Shown here: positions 10,527-21,008 of the stretch, piece after piece | Layout: each line of letters opens with the position of its first letter | How positions within the stretch are numbered: the stretch's first letter is position 1 | Source of the DNA: an uncultured Nitrososphaerota archaeon | Lineage (GTDB): Archaea > Asgardarchaeota > Njordarchaeia > Njordarchaeales > Panguiarchaeaceae | Direction of reading: 5' to 3' | Assembly: GCA_964636085.1 (NCBI GenBank) | Contig: CAZWPQ010000008.1 | Location: 1 to 41,633 of the forward strand | Length of the DNA stretch: 41,633 bases | Translations under genes and position numbers: made by a program | The notes under the pieces: generated by a model | The model's input: the letters and a program-made list of their open reading frames with translations, nothing else | What the model was told of the DNA's origin: nothing | The model's database searches: none

Positions 10527-10831
10527 ATGGAGCTTATCTTTAGAATTTACACCGTAAAAATATTGTTGAATAGGAATATATCCTCAAGAAAACCACCTAG
10601 AATAAGCGCGATATGGATTGGTGAAAATAAAATAGAGAAAACTTTCCAAGGACTTAGGGGTTTTCTTCTGGATGCCCCTTTTCTTTGGGCTAATACTCTA
10701 CGATGGAAAAAAACATACTCACAAACCTAAGGAATAGACTGCAAAAAGCGCTTAATAGTGGAAAAATTGAGAGACGATTAAATATGTGGAGGATTCCAAT
10801 AGAAATGGATATCGAAGAGATAATACTATAG
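10527..10831 (+). pseudogene. Probable remnant of a minimal nucleotidyltransferase (MNT)-like gene
   Basis: Three frames joined at T and A runs give ...RGFLLDAP/FGLILYDG/KNILTNLRNRLQKALNSGKIERRLNMWRIP..., resembling the MNT C-terminal half; no catalytic GS..DxD part seen. Confidence 0.4.
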
Positions 10832-10988
10832 CTGATGTAGCAGCTTTTTGTCCATGATTAATTTGGATTCATTTTGGAACTCATACAAATTTTTTTACTT
10901 TTATAAAAAAATTCTGGCTTTTAATTAATTGCCACAAAGGTTATTCTCGTTCTCGAGGATAGCCTTTGTAGGGCGTGAATGAGGAAAA

Positions 10989-13900
10989 GTGTTCAAAATG
11001 GGGAAAAGGGATAGAAATAGCTCAGTAAATAGGTATATTAGGGCCACTCTTTTTGTAGTGGTAATTGTCCTTGGCTTTGTTGGAGCCAGCTTAAATGTTG
11101 CTAATTTTGTGAAAAGTGTGGGAACATATAAATCTAATGAGAATATCAGGCATTATGATGGGGAATTCAAAGATACTCAGGTATCCAAGGTAAATAGACT
11201 CGTAATAGATGAAAATGTCGTCATTAAGAATACAGAGATAAATGGCACGATAATCATAGAGAAGAATTCTAGCGTGCTCTTCGAAAACGTCACCATTTAT
11301 GGCGACATATACATGTATGCTAGGTATAGCATCTCACCGTTCTTAACAATAAAGGATAGTTCTAATGTTGTAATGAGAAAAGTAACCTTTGTCATAAAAC
11401 AACGTGGGGCTTTTATCGGTCTATATAACAGCTCCACGCTCACTATAGATTATGCATACAGTATACTTGAGGGAGTAGGAGTAGTATTGACACAATCATC
11501 ATATCTCAATATATCAAACTCTGCCTGCAAATTTTATGTAAGTGGATTCAACAACAGTAATATATTTGTAAAGAACAGCACCGCAATGTCGATCTTCGCA
11601 TGCTTTAACTTCTGCAATATACATATAACTAGTAACATACAAAGTCAAATGACAGTTTACCTATTCAACAACGCTACAGCTATTATAGAGGATGCCAGCT
11701 GTGGTGGAGTAATTTCAGTAACAGAGTATGGATATTCCAACGCCACAATCTTGAATAGCGACTTGGGAACCTATTCTAGCATTACTCTATATCATAATTC
11801 TGTGGCTAAAATTATTGACTCGCATGTGGAAACAATAACCTCTGAAGATCTTACATCCGTGAATATCTATGGTTCGAGCAGTAGCAATGTCATAACGACA
11901 TACAGTAGCTCAAGACTATACATAGATGGAGGCAACTACGGAACAATAAACTTATTATGGGGGACGAGACCTAAGCCCACCTCAGCACCAGGGCCCTTCG
12001 GAACACTTAAAAATATTAATGCCAATCTTGTATACACTGTATCCGCTAGGATTCTACATATAATTAATTCCGCCATCAGCACACTAGACTACGCATACAT
12101 ATATGACGGCACCTATGTCACTGTTGATCCTATCACGGGTGTGTCTACGGATCATTACTACGTAAACTATCAGGCTTCTGGAAGTACAATAGATCTACCT
12201 GTTGCTCTTGCCGACACAATAGTGGCAGTAAATCTAACTACAGCCACCATAAATAGCCAGTTTATCAATAATGTATACACACAGTATGTCCAAGATTTAT
12301 ATATGAATGCAGCAGGCACAACGGTAGTTTCTGTGTATACATGGTGGACAGAGAATGCAGATATAAATAATCTGAATCCAAATACCTTAAATATATTCTC
12401 CTATGATAGCAATATCGATGTTCAGAGCCCCACAACAAGCCTGTCTTTCTGTCTTTATGCCAAAAAAGGCGTGATAAATATTGCTGGCGGTAACTTAGGA
12501 GGCTCGATCACGGTAAACGTTACTGAGAGTAATGTCTCTATCGATAATACATTCTTCGATAGTGGAGAGGTGAGTTTCTATAATGTCACAGGGAGCCTGA
12601 AGTCTGTCGATATGAGCAATACTACCACAAAGATATACCTGCTAAGCAACTTTACCTTCGATGATGTCACAATCTCTTGCTATTTAGATGTTTTGGGATC
12701 TGTGGTTAATGCATCAAACTCTCAAATATATAATGCTAGCTACGAATTCGTTCTGTATGATGGAGAATTCAACATTACTAGGGGCCTAATTACTGGTTTC
12801 GCAGGCGAGATATTCTCTGGGATCTACAACCATGGAAACACCAACATAACTGGCTACTACTTCATTAGGGGATTCCTACTCGACAATGCATCCCTAAACA
12901 TAACAAAAACAACACTAGACCCTGGAAAACCAAACTATGACATTACGGGTGGCTATATAGAAAGTATGATACCTGAGGAATTCAAGAAGAATGCCAGTAT
13001 TGTTGGGATCTTGATGGCGAATGAATCTAACCTATATGCGTATGGAATGGGGCCCAATACGAGCAAGGCTATAATCGCGATTGTAACGATACTGAACTCA
13101 ACTGTGCATATTCATGGTAGTAATGTAACATACATCATTGCTGATTGCGATGTATATGTGAATAGATCCACCGTCAGGAATATTACTGCTACATATGCCA
13201 CGCTAGACATTTATGAATCTACAATAGAAGAAATGACGCTGACGTACTCTAACACTACAATGAACTCATCAACGGTGGACAAGATAAATCTGGTTATGGG
13301 AGATCTTGTTATGGATAAATGTAATATTACATCGGAACTATTTACAGGTGATGTTGTTTCATTCATATCAAACAATACCATATTCGAGACAAACATAACC
13401 GCCTATGATTCCAACATAACAGAAATTGTATCCCTCTCTATAGGAAAGATCCACGTTGAAAACTCATACATAAAATATCTTCTATATGCATTTCAGCACA
13501 CGGAGGTCGTTAACTCTACAATCGGGATACTACTGAACACAAGCCTTGTAACTTCAGGCCCCTTACTTATTGACAATACTCGTATAGTCTCAGGCAACTA
13601 TGAAAATCTTCTAACCTTATCTGGAAATAACATTATTAGTCTCATAAAGATGTGTATTAGTGCCAAGCAGGATATTAGTGGGGATACGATAAACATAACG
13701 ATTGTTGATTCGGATATTTTTGGAGTTGTAATGAGCGGTGGATACCTTAACATAGATAATACAAATCTCACATACGTTCTAACTAGTACTGATAAGGATG
13801 TATCAATAAGAAAATCTAAAATTAATGCTACTTTGCTTGGCAGTAAGCCGATAATATTAGCCATGCCTAACCTAATTCTGGATGATGTGGTCACAATATC

Positions 13901-15578
13901 CGAGAGACTTGTCATGGTGTTTGGAGATATATTAATAACAAACTCTGATCTCTATGAGGATACAATCGTGTTCTCCAATTCGACAGCGAATGTAACTGAA
14001 ACTAGTATATACCCCTTTAACAAATCCACAGTAATCCAAGCATTATTCTCGGATATAACAATATCCGATGTGTCCGTAGCTGAAGTCATATTATACTTCA
14101 GCTCGCTCGATATTTATAGCTCAACAATAATGGATCCAACGCAGGAGGAAAGTGGCATCATACTCAGTTTCAACTCGACACTATATGCATCAAATATAAC
14201 TGCCGACAATGTTATTACAAAGCCTGTGGCGATGTATTGGCTTTATAGCTATGTTCTACCGTTGGATATATACACCGTTAAATTCGTTGATGCTCTCGTT
14301 GAAAACTCGACAATAACAAACACTTATGCTCTATTTTACCTAACCGATAACTATTATGGAGTGACATTCGATAATGGAATAGTAACTGGAGGTTATGACC
14401 TAAAAACAAACTATACGAATTCAAACATATCCACGGCAAGCCCAATAGTTCTCTTCGAGATCAATGATTATGCAAAAGCAGAGATACTCTCATATACGGG
14501 AAGTTATACTATCAGGTCTCTATGGATAAGCTGTCTAGTAGATACAAACAACCCAGAAATAACACCACTAAACGATTCATACATAGAATATGAATACGGG
14601 GAGACTCTGGAACTATGCTATATGCTTGACGACAAATCCCCAACAAACTACACTGTGTATATGAATGGTTCAGAAATAATAAAGGGGACCTATGAAAGAA
14701 ACTTCCTGCTTGAGATCAACTTGAGTACATACATATCAGGGCCAGGGACATATATATTCGATGTATATGCATATGATAGCAACAATAACTCGGCAAATAC
14801 CACAACAACAGTCAGGGTCTATCCCTCAGAAAACCCACAGATAAACCCTCTCAACGCCTCATATGTCGAGTATGAATATGGCCTTAGATATAGGCTGTGC
14901 TACGAACTAATAGAACAATTTCCAACAAGATACATAATAATGCTTAATGGAACCCAAGTAGCAAGCGATAGCTATACTTCTGGAGAAATAATATGTGTAG
15001 AGCTATGGAATATTATTTCTGGTCCTGGATACTATATACTACGGGTAGATGCATATGACAAAGTGGGAAATATGGATACTGAAATCACAGAAGTGAGGGT
15101 ATTCCCAGCTGAGCCCCCAGAGATCACAGAATCTCCAGAAGATACCTATAATTTGTCTCAGGGAGAGATCATAGTTTTGAACTGGTCTGCAAGTGATAGA
15201 ACACCAGACACGTATACAATATACATAAATGATGAAGTCAATAGAACTGGTACTTGGACGAGTGGCCAAAGAATAAGCCTAGTATTCTCTCAAAATATCC
15301 CCGGAGAATATAATATAACAATAGTCTTTAAGGATAAGCTGGGACAAGAAGCATCTAGCACAGTGATAATAAATGTGAGGGGTATCCCTCCAACAACTAC
15401 GACATCCCCACCCATTACGACAACTACAACCACAACAACAACTAATGCCACGAATACATCCACAACACCCCCCGCAGAGGTAGGACCTGTGATATATGCG
15501 GCAATAGGAATGGCATTAATTGCTGTACTAGTAGCACTAATCTTAGCTACAAGGAAAAAGAAGCAAGAAAAACAATAA
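10989..15578 (+). CDS. Giant cell-surface glycoprotein: beta-helix-like repeats, 3 Ig-like repeats, Thr-rich linker, C-terminal TM
   Basis: N-terminal basic+hydrophobic signal; long Ile/Asn/Ser-rich periodic region with many N-x-S/T sequons; repeated P.I.P.N.SY.EYEYG units; poly-Thr linker; TM + RKKK. Confidence 0.8.
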   Translation: MFKMGKRDRNSSVNRYIRATLFVVVIVLGFVGASLNVANFVKSVGTYKSNENIRHYDGEFKDTQVSKVNRLVIDENVVIKNTEINGTIIIEKNSSVLFENVTIYGDIYMYARYSISPFLTIKDSSNVVMRKVTFVIKQRGAFIGLYNSSTLTIDYAYSILEGVGVVLTQSSYLNISNSACKFYVSGFNNSNIFVKNSTAMSIFACFNFCNIHITSNIQSQMTVYLFNNATAIIEDASCGGVISVTEYGYSNATILNSDLGTYSSITLYHNSVAKIIDSHVETITSEDLTSVNIYGSSSSNVITTYSSSRLYIDGGNYGTINLLWGTRPKPTSAPGPFGTLKNINANLVYTVSARILHIINSAISTLDYAYIYDGTYVTVDPITGVSTDHYYVNYQASGSTIDLPVALADTIVAVNLTTATINSQFINNVYTQYVQDLYMNAAGTTVVSVYTWWTENADINNLNPNTLNIFSYDSNIDVQSPTTSLSFCLYAKKGVINIAGGNLGGSITVNVTESNVSIDNTFFDSGEVSFYNVTGSLKSVDMSNTTTKIYLLSNFTFDDVTISCYLDVLGSVVNASNSQIYNASYEFVLYDGEFNITRGLITGFAGEIFSGIYNHGNTNITGYYFIRGFLLDNASLNITKTTLDPGKPNYDITGGYIESMIPEEFKKNASIVGILMANESNLYAYGMGPNTSKAIIAIVTILNSTVHIHGSNVTYIIADCDVYVNRSTVRNITATYATLDIYESTIEEMTLTYSNTTMNSSTVDKINLVMGDLVMDKCNITSELFTGDVVSFISNNTIFETNITAYDSNITEIVSLSIGKIHVENSYIKYLLYAFQHTEVVNSTIGILLNTSLVTSGPLLIDNTRIVSGNYENLLTLSGNNIISLIKMCISAKQDISGDTINITIVDSDIFGVVMSGGYLNIDNTNLTYVLTSTDKDVSIRKSKINATLLGSKPIILAMPNLILDDVVTISERLVMVFGDILITNSDLYEDTIVFSNSTANVTETSIYPFNKSTVIQALFSDITISDVSVAEVILYFSSLDIYSSTIMDPTQEESGIILSFNSTLYASNITADNVITKPVAMYWLYSYVLPLDIYTVKFVDALVENSTITNTYALFYLTDNYYGVTFDNGIVTGGYDLKTNYTNSNISTASPIVLFEINDYAKAEILSYTGSYTIRSLWISCLVDTNNPEITPLNDSYIEYEYGETLELCYMLDDKSPTNYTVYMNGSEIIKGTYERNFLLEINLSTYISGPGTYIFDVYAYDSNNNSANTTTTVRVYPSENPQINPLNASYVEYEYGLRYRLCYELIEQFPTRYIIMLNGTQVASDSYTSGEIICVELWNIISGPGYYILRVDAYDKVGNMDTEITEVRVFPAEPPEITESPEDTYNLSQGEIIVLNWSASDRTPDTYTIYINDEVNRTGTWTSGQRISLVFSQNIPGEYNITIVFKDKLGQEASSTVIINVRGIPPTTTTSPPITTTTTTTTTNATNTSTTPPAEVGPVIYAAIGMALIAVLVALILATRKKKQEKQ

Positions 15579-15680
15579 ACAAGTAATTTTTTACTCTTTT
15601 TGGGTATTTTCGTATAACTAATAAACTTCACCGAACCTTTTTTATTTTCTTTTCATTATTGTGTTTCCCTGGTAATCCAT

Positions 15681-17319
15681 GTGTTCTTGGATCTAAGTAA
15701 CCAGTATAATCCTAGTCCGTGGTTGGAGATGTTTCACTGGGCCTATTTCCGTTGATTTTGTGTAGATGTTTGATAAGATGCTGTACTTAGTAGCTATAGA
15801 GGTGGATATAGCGATTTAAAAAAATTACATAATTTTAGATTAATCCGACACGGTGTTCCTGGTATGAGGTTAAACGATGTTGACTATGGCTTGACATTTA
15901 AGGTTTTGGATGATTTCATCCCTATTATTTCTGGGACAAATGGAACATGGGTACTGAGATATAAGGACGCTGAAATATGGTACTTTGCGAAAATCCTAAA
16001 AAGGAATGAGACCAGAAGTTTACCCGATTACCTCGCTTCATCCATGGAAAACATAATTGGTAAGCCTACCGAAATCCATGAGGTCGAACTTTATTATAGC
16101 GACTATGTAAAATCCAAATATGACATAAAGATATCAGATAGAGACTATATCTGGTATGGATTTGTTAATCCTAGGACATATTTACTTATGAATAGGACAT
16201 TGCAAGAAAACATATTGTCCTCGGTTCTATATCTGAAAGAATACTAGGGTAGTCCTCTCGAAAAAATAATTGCCCAGACATATGTCAGGCTACCATTCGT
16301 CGATAAATCCCCAAGTCTATTTGGCTATAATCTCCCACTGGTGGAGATCAAACATATAACATCGGACGTATTGGGGGAGAACCTGAGATGGAAGGTAGAA
16401 CTCCCAATGAACTTTAGAGTTCAAAGAGACTTGACTGGATTTGTTGCACTCTCCGATAGGGTTTTTATATCCGTAAAGGCAATATATTATTTCCTAGATC
16501 CAGACTGGCTAGAGGACGATGTTATCAGTAGGATAGAGACGCACTTATACTCCCTTCTCAATATTGCAGAATATAGAATCCTAAACAGGGAGGAGAAGAC
16601 ACATTTCTCTATTATCTAGTATCCGACAAGAAGGATTTATGGAGACTTTTCGGTGAGTGGCACCTAAACAAACATTATAACATTAAGAGGAAAGAATACT
16701 TCTACATGCTCCTAGAAAAGGTGGCTGTATATCCATCAAGAATAGAGATAGATTTTCTCCCCATACTCAAGAGAATCTTTGTATCATTTCTAACTAGCCC
16801 GGGATGGCTGCTAGAGGAATCTGGAGTCCTAGATATAATGCTTGAGTCCATGTCAGGGCATATAACAATAAAACTCATGACTATACAGAAGCCAACTACG
16901 CCAAAACCAAAAATAAAGAAGAAGAGAGAAGACTCTAGCGAACGCATAAAGAAATGGAGAGAAAAACTGAAGAGCGACCTTAAAAGGATGTATGATTGGC
17001 AACAAAGACTATGGGAGGACATATATGATACCATGAGATATAGCGACGTGATAACTAGCATGTACTCAATGGAGTCTAAGAGAGGAAAAGTAAAACTAAT
17101 TACAACAAAAAACATAGCCTCCCCATTAACCATAGGATGTGGAAACCTAGGAAGGATCCACTATGGACATCTAATGTTGTCCTTGCAACAAAGAAACCAT
17201 TCGTACCCAGATATAGGCATGAATGGAGGGAACCGAAATGGCATTGGAACAAAGAAAAAAAGAGACTCATACAGGAAATAGAAAAGAAGAAAAAAGAAGT
17301 AGATCAACTCTTTTCATAA
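15681..17319 (+). pseudogene. Degraded gene of unknown function, split by stops and frameshifts
   Basis: ORFs 15864 and 16341 are in the same frame, separated by one TAG (16245-16247). ORF 16706 extends upstream (LYYLVSDKKDLWRLFGEW...) to overlap near 16610. A second frameshift near 17135 leads into the 17137 ORF. Further in-frame stops at ~15753-15776. Confidence 0.65.
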
Positions 17320-17390
17320 ACCAAGAAATAGCGTATACTTTACACTTGTTGCCCTTCCAAGTGCGAGGTTGCCACTGGAGAGTACTAGGA

Positions 17391-17782
17391 TTATCTGAAT
17401 TGTCTTGTTAGCAGTGTTTTATCAAAGTCTTTATCGTTGCTATATATCCCTTTACACTTGTTTTCGATGGCGACTGCGAGATGTATCGCGTCTTCAAGAT
17501 CAAGCCTGTATTCTTGGGACAAACTAAGGGCTTTCTCGAAATGCGCTAGTTTCAGTGGCACTATTTTCAGGAATGATATCTCACGGATTTTTTCTATCAA
17601 TATTTTCGGATCGTAATTCTCAGTTGTTCTTCTAGGAGTACATGAAGTAGCCATAATGTTAGTATGCTTGTAACAGCTCTTTCGCCGTTCTCTATACGCT
17701 TGATGATTCGGGTAGCTGTGCTTCCAAATTCTTCATGATCAGTAAGCCAATAGAAAAACACATTAACATCTACATACATCAT
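17391..17782 (-). pseudogene. vapC: PIN-domain VapC toxin, frameshifted
   Basis: N-half MYVDVNVFFY...TSILT and C-half EDAIHLAVA...YSNDKDFD are in different frames. Span is 392 nt, one base short of a 130 aa gene. Shift lies at ~17600-17640. Confidence 0.85.
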
Positions 17783-18039
17783 TCTAATTCACTCTTTAGT
17801 TCTTCTATGCTTATTGACGAAATTAATGCGTCTATGTCTCTAATATCTCGATACTTTTTCTTTAGCTTGAAGACTCCCCGCAGTTCTTCCGAAATTGGTT
17901 TTTTTGGACGTATAATTATTTGTCCTGGCTCTGCAATTATTTCGACAACAGAATTAGTTTTTATACCTGCTTTCTTCCTAATATTTTCCTTTAGATAAAC
18001 CCTTCCTTGAGAATCCACTATGGCTGTATCAATATACAT
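17779..18039 (-). CDS. vapB: AbrB/MazE/SpoVT-fold antitoxin (VapB)
   Basis: VDSQGRVYLKENIRKKAGI...VEI...IIIRP; ATGA overlap with vapC; GGTGG RBS precedes the ATG at 18039. Confidence 0.88.
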   Translation of the reverse strand: MYIDTAIVDSQGRVYLKENIRKKAGIKTNSVVEIIAEPGQIIIRPKKPISEELRGVFKLKKKYRDIRDIDALISSISIEELKSELE

Positions 18040-18062
18040 TGATTCCACCAATAGGAAAAATA

Positions 18063-18099
18063 TTATTTTTGGAAAATATAAATTTTACCAAAAAAATAA
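18063..18099 (-). promoter_or_regulatory. Promoter/operator of vapBC (imperfect inverted repeat around a TTTATA box)
   Basis: TTTTTGGAAAAT-ATAA-ATTTT-A-CCAAAAA immediately upstream of the antitoxin. Confidence 0.45.
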
Positions 18100-18199
18100 A
18101 ATGGAAAGATAAGCATATGCGTCCTTAATATCTAAGTTCCTTGCTTTGAGTAATAACTTTCCAATTTTTTGGCATGTTAAATAGGTGTAATATTTTGTG

Positions 18200-20449
18200 C
18201 TATATGTGGATTTCTATGTTGGAGGATTTCTTGGGGATTGTAAAGACGACATATTTGCCGGTGTACCTATAATCTATTGCCTCTCTATTCACTATTACTT
18301 CCATGGGACGATCCTCCGTGTAATAGTAGAATTTGAGCGTTTTTACCGATTCTCCATAATCATCTTTTATGACCTCTACGTCTATTTTTTCCTTATGTAC
18401 AGTTATTTTCGTTTCCGAATAATAGCCCTTCTCGAATTCGTAGCTTTCTCCGTCGTCCTCATATATAATGAATGTGCCCTCCTTATCCCTAGAGAACATA
18501 TATATCTGATACTCAGCTATATTTTCCTCACCAACATAGTTGATTGGTCTCTGCATAACCACTATGCCGCCATCTCTAATAAACATGGGGATTCTGTCTA
18601 GCCTACACCTATACTCAATCCACTCTCCAGATGATCGTATCACTTTCCTCTTCGCAAAGTCTAGCCAAAAACCACGAGGAAAGTATATCCTTCTTCTATC
18701 CTCTCTACTAGTTATTGGCGCCACCAACATCGATGGTCCAAACATGAATTGATTGTTAATAGTATATGCTTGTTCATCGTCAGGAAACTCTAGAAACAGG
18801 GGCCTCATTATCGGGAGACCATTCTTTCTAGACTCCCAGAACAACGAGTATATATAAGGCAACAGCCTATAGCGAAACCTAATAAATTTCCTCGATATTC
18901 TCCTCACAGTATCACCAAAGCTCCAGGGTTCTTGAGATGGCTTATATTTCATGTAATGGACGCGCATAAATGGATAGAATACACCCAGCTGAATCCACCT
19001 AGCAAATAGTTTTGGGTCGGCTTTAAGTACCAATGGTGCAAAACCACCAATGTCAGCTCCAACAAACACGATACCGCACAAACCCAAATTCAGTATCATG
19101 GATATCGATCCCTCTAAATGTCCCCATGTACTCCATATGTCCCCTGTCCAGTTTGATGAATATCTTTGGATCCCAGCAAATCCAGATCGGGATAATATGA
19201 AGAATCTTTTTCCAATTTTTCTTAGGGCTTCATATGTAGATTTTTGTTCAAGAAAACCATACATGTTTCCTACAAGTCTAGCATCCGAGTTTCTTCCCCC
19301 ATCGTGGAAAATAATATCATCCTTTTTCAGACCGTATCCCAGAAGAACTCGTATTCGTGTCTCAACAGATGGTTCATTCATATCATTCCAAAAACCATCA
19401 TTCCTATATTTTTCATGGAAATTAACATATTGCCTACCCCACCATTCTCTGCACTCTGGTATGGTAAGATCGGGCATGAGTGATCTCCCAGGCCAGCCAT
19501 ATGCAAAAAATGGCTTACCACTCTTTGTCTTCACATAATATCTCTTCTTGAGAATCTCGACATATAGGGGATACTTCTTATCATACTTCACATAGGGGTC
19601 AATAATAACCACAACCTTAAAACCATCCCTATGCAACCTATCTATTAGTCCTCTAGGATCTGGAAATCTTTTCCTATTCCACGTGAAAACACGGTAACCA
19701 TCCATGTAATCTATGTCAAGGTGGATGGCATCACAAGGAATACCGTACCTCCTAAAATTTTTAGCTATGGTTAAGACCTCCCTAGCGCTTTTATAGCTCC
19801 ACTTAGATTGATGAAATCCGAGCGACCATAAGGGCGGCATATATGTCCTGCCAACAAGGTCAGTAAATTGTTCTATAATTTCCGCAGGGTTCTCTCCAAT
19901 AAAGATGTAATAGTCGAGATCCTCTCCATACTTCACTATTGAGAGAACATCACTGACCGATACACATGGATCTACCTGCATGTAGCTAGGACTATCAATA
20001 AAAATCCCCAGCGAGAATCCTGGTCTGGCCATTATATAGAAAGGAATATTTATGTATAGAGGATCGCATTTTGGTGTCCAATATTTTGCTCCCGGATCCT
20101 CATTTCTTAGAATTAGCTTTTTCCAACCCCTCTTGTCTAGGGGGCCACCCTTTTCTCCGAATCCAAATATGTGGAGACCCTTAGGAACTCTATGCCGCCA
20201 GATTATCTTGTTTTTATGCGATCTAAACTCTAGCTCCTCAAAGATAAGGATGTCTCTCATGAATACTTTTATTAGATCATTTAAAACCACGACTTTTGTA
20301 TCTCCTAGTCTATATGTATTACCAGTTTGTTGACACTCTCGATACTTGATATTTTCGGCAATTACAGCCGGTGAATGCTCCTCAGGGCCTCTATTCCTAA
20401 TAATTCTGATGACACTACTGGATAAGAATATTATAATGGGGCTCACCAT
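18200..20449 (-). CDS. Glycoside hydrolase family 31 (alpha-glucosidase-like)
   Basis: PPLWSLGFHQSKWSY, IHLDIDYMD, WNDMNEP (nucleophile), WTGD (acid/base), GADIGGF, PFMRVH, YEDDG. Confidence 0.95.
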   Translation of the reverse strand: MVSPIIIFLSSSVIRIIRNRGPEEHSPAVIAENIKYRECQQTGNTYRLGDTKVVVLNDLIKVFMRDILIFEELEFRSHKNKIIWRHRVPKGLHIFGFGEKGGPLDKRGWKKLILRNEDPGAKYWTPKCDPLYINIPFYIMARPGFSLGIFIDSPSYMQVDPCVSVSDVLSIVKYGEDLDYYIFIGENPAEIIEQFTDLVGRTYMPPLWSLGFHQSKWSYKSAREVLTIAKNFRRYGIPCDAIHLDIDYMDGYRVFTWNRKRFPDPRGLIDRLHRDGFKVVVIIDPYVKYDKKYPLYVEILKKRYYVKTKSGKPFFAYGWPGRSLMPDLTIPECREWWGRQYVNFHEKYRNDGFWNDMNEPSVETRIRVLLGYGLKKDDIIFHDGGRNSDARLVGNMYGFLEQKSTYEALRKIGKRFFILSRSGFAGIQRYSSNWTGDIWSTWGHLEGSISMILNLGLCGIVFVGADIGGFAPLVLKADPKLFARWIQLGVFYPFMRVHYMKYKPSQEPWSFGDTVRRISRKFIRFRYRLLPYIYSLFWESRKNGLPIMRPLFLEFPDDEQAYTINNQFMFGPSMLVAPITSREDRRRIYFPRGFWLDFAKRKVIRSSGEWIEYRCRLDRIPMFIRDGGIVVMQRPINYVGEENIAEYQIYMFSRDKEGTFIIYEDDGESYEFEKGYYSETKITVHKEKIDVEVIKDDYGESVKTLKFYYYTEDRPMEVIVNREAIDYRYTGKYVVFTIPKKSSNIEIHI

Positions 20450-20865
20450 TATCGCTCCCCTATCGCATTCTTAATTTTTTCCTGGATAATCCTCCTCTCC
20501 TCGTTTTGTAGTCTTAGCACATTAGCATGTAGGTATATGCTATCGTTCCTATATCTTGGTAGGACATGTATATGGACATGGAATACGGTCTGCCCCGCGG
20601 CCCTATTATTCGTCATAATTATATTCACCCCTTCCGCCTTAAGCGCTTCAACAATAGCTTTTGCAATTTTTTTGGCAACAGATATCATATGCGCCAATAT
20701 ATCATCAGGTGTATCAAATATATTTCTGTAGTGCTCTTTTGATACTACAAGACAATGCCCCCTAGATAGGGGATTGATATCTAGAAAAACAATAGATTTG
20801 TCGTCCTCATATACTATATGTGCGTCTGTTTCTTTCTTGACTATACTACAAAATATACAATCCAA
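20449..20865 (-). CDS. HIT family nucleotide hydrolase (HinT-like)
   Basis: CIFC, DINPLSRGHCLVV, AGQTVFHVHIHVLPR; TAATG overlap with the GH31 gene. Confidence 0.95.
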   Translation of the reverse strand: MDCIFCSIVKKETDAHIVYEDDKSIVFLDINPLSRGHCLVVSKEHYRNIFDTPDDILAHMISVAKKIAKAIVEALKAEGVNIIMTNNRAAGQTVFHVHIHVLPRYRNDSIYLHANVLRLQNEERRIIQEKIKNAIGER

Positions 20866-21008
20866 CAGTATTCACCACAAGAATCACTAGTAAAAATCAT
20901 AAAAAAAGAGTGAACAGCATAATACACTATTATTCTATATGCCTCCTATATATTATCTTTTTCCATAAGTAAATATGCCCTTTTGTATATGTCCGACCCC
21001 CAAACAGA

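Noticed and set aside
15390-15470. ACA/ACC-rich low-complexity tract
   Set aside because: Encodes the Thr-rich linker; not a CRISPR array or independent repeat
16245-16247. In-frame TAG as pyrrolysine/recoding readthrough
   Set aside because: The same gene has additional stops and frameshifts, and TAG is an ordinary stop for many genes here; decay is simpler
18197-20333. Several plus-strand ORFs opposite GH31, and similar antisense ORFs over other genes
   Set aside because: Antisense shadows of well-supported genes with no recognisable motifs
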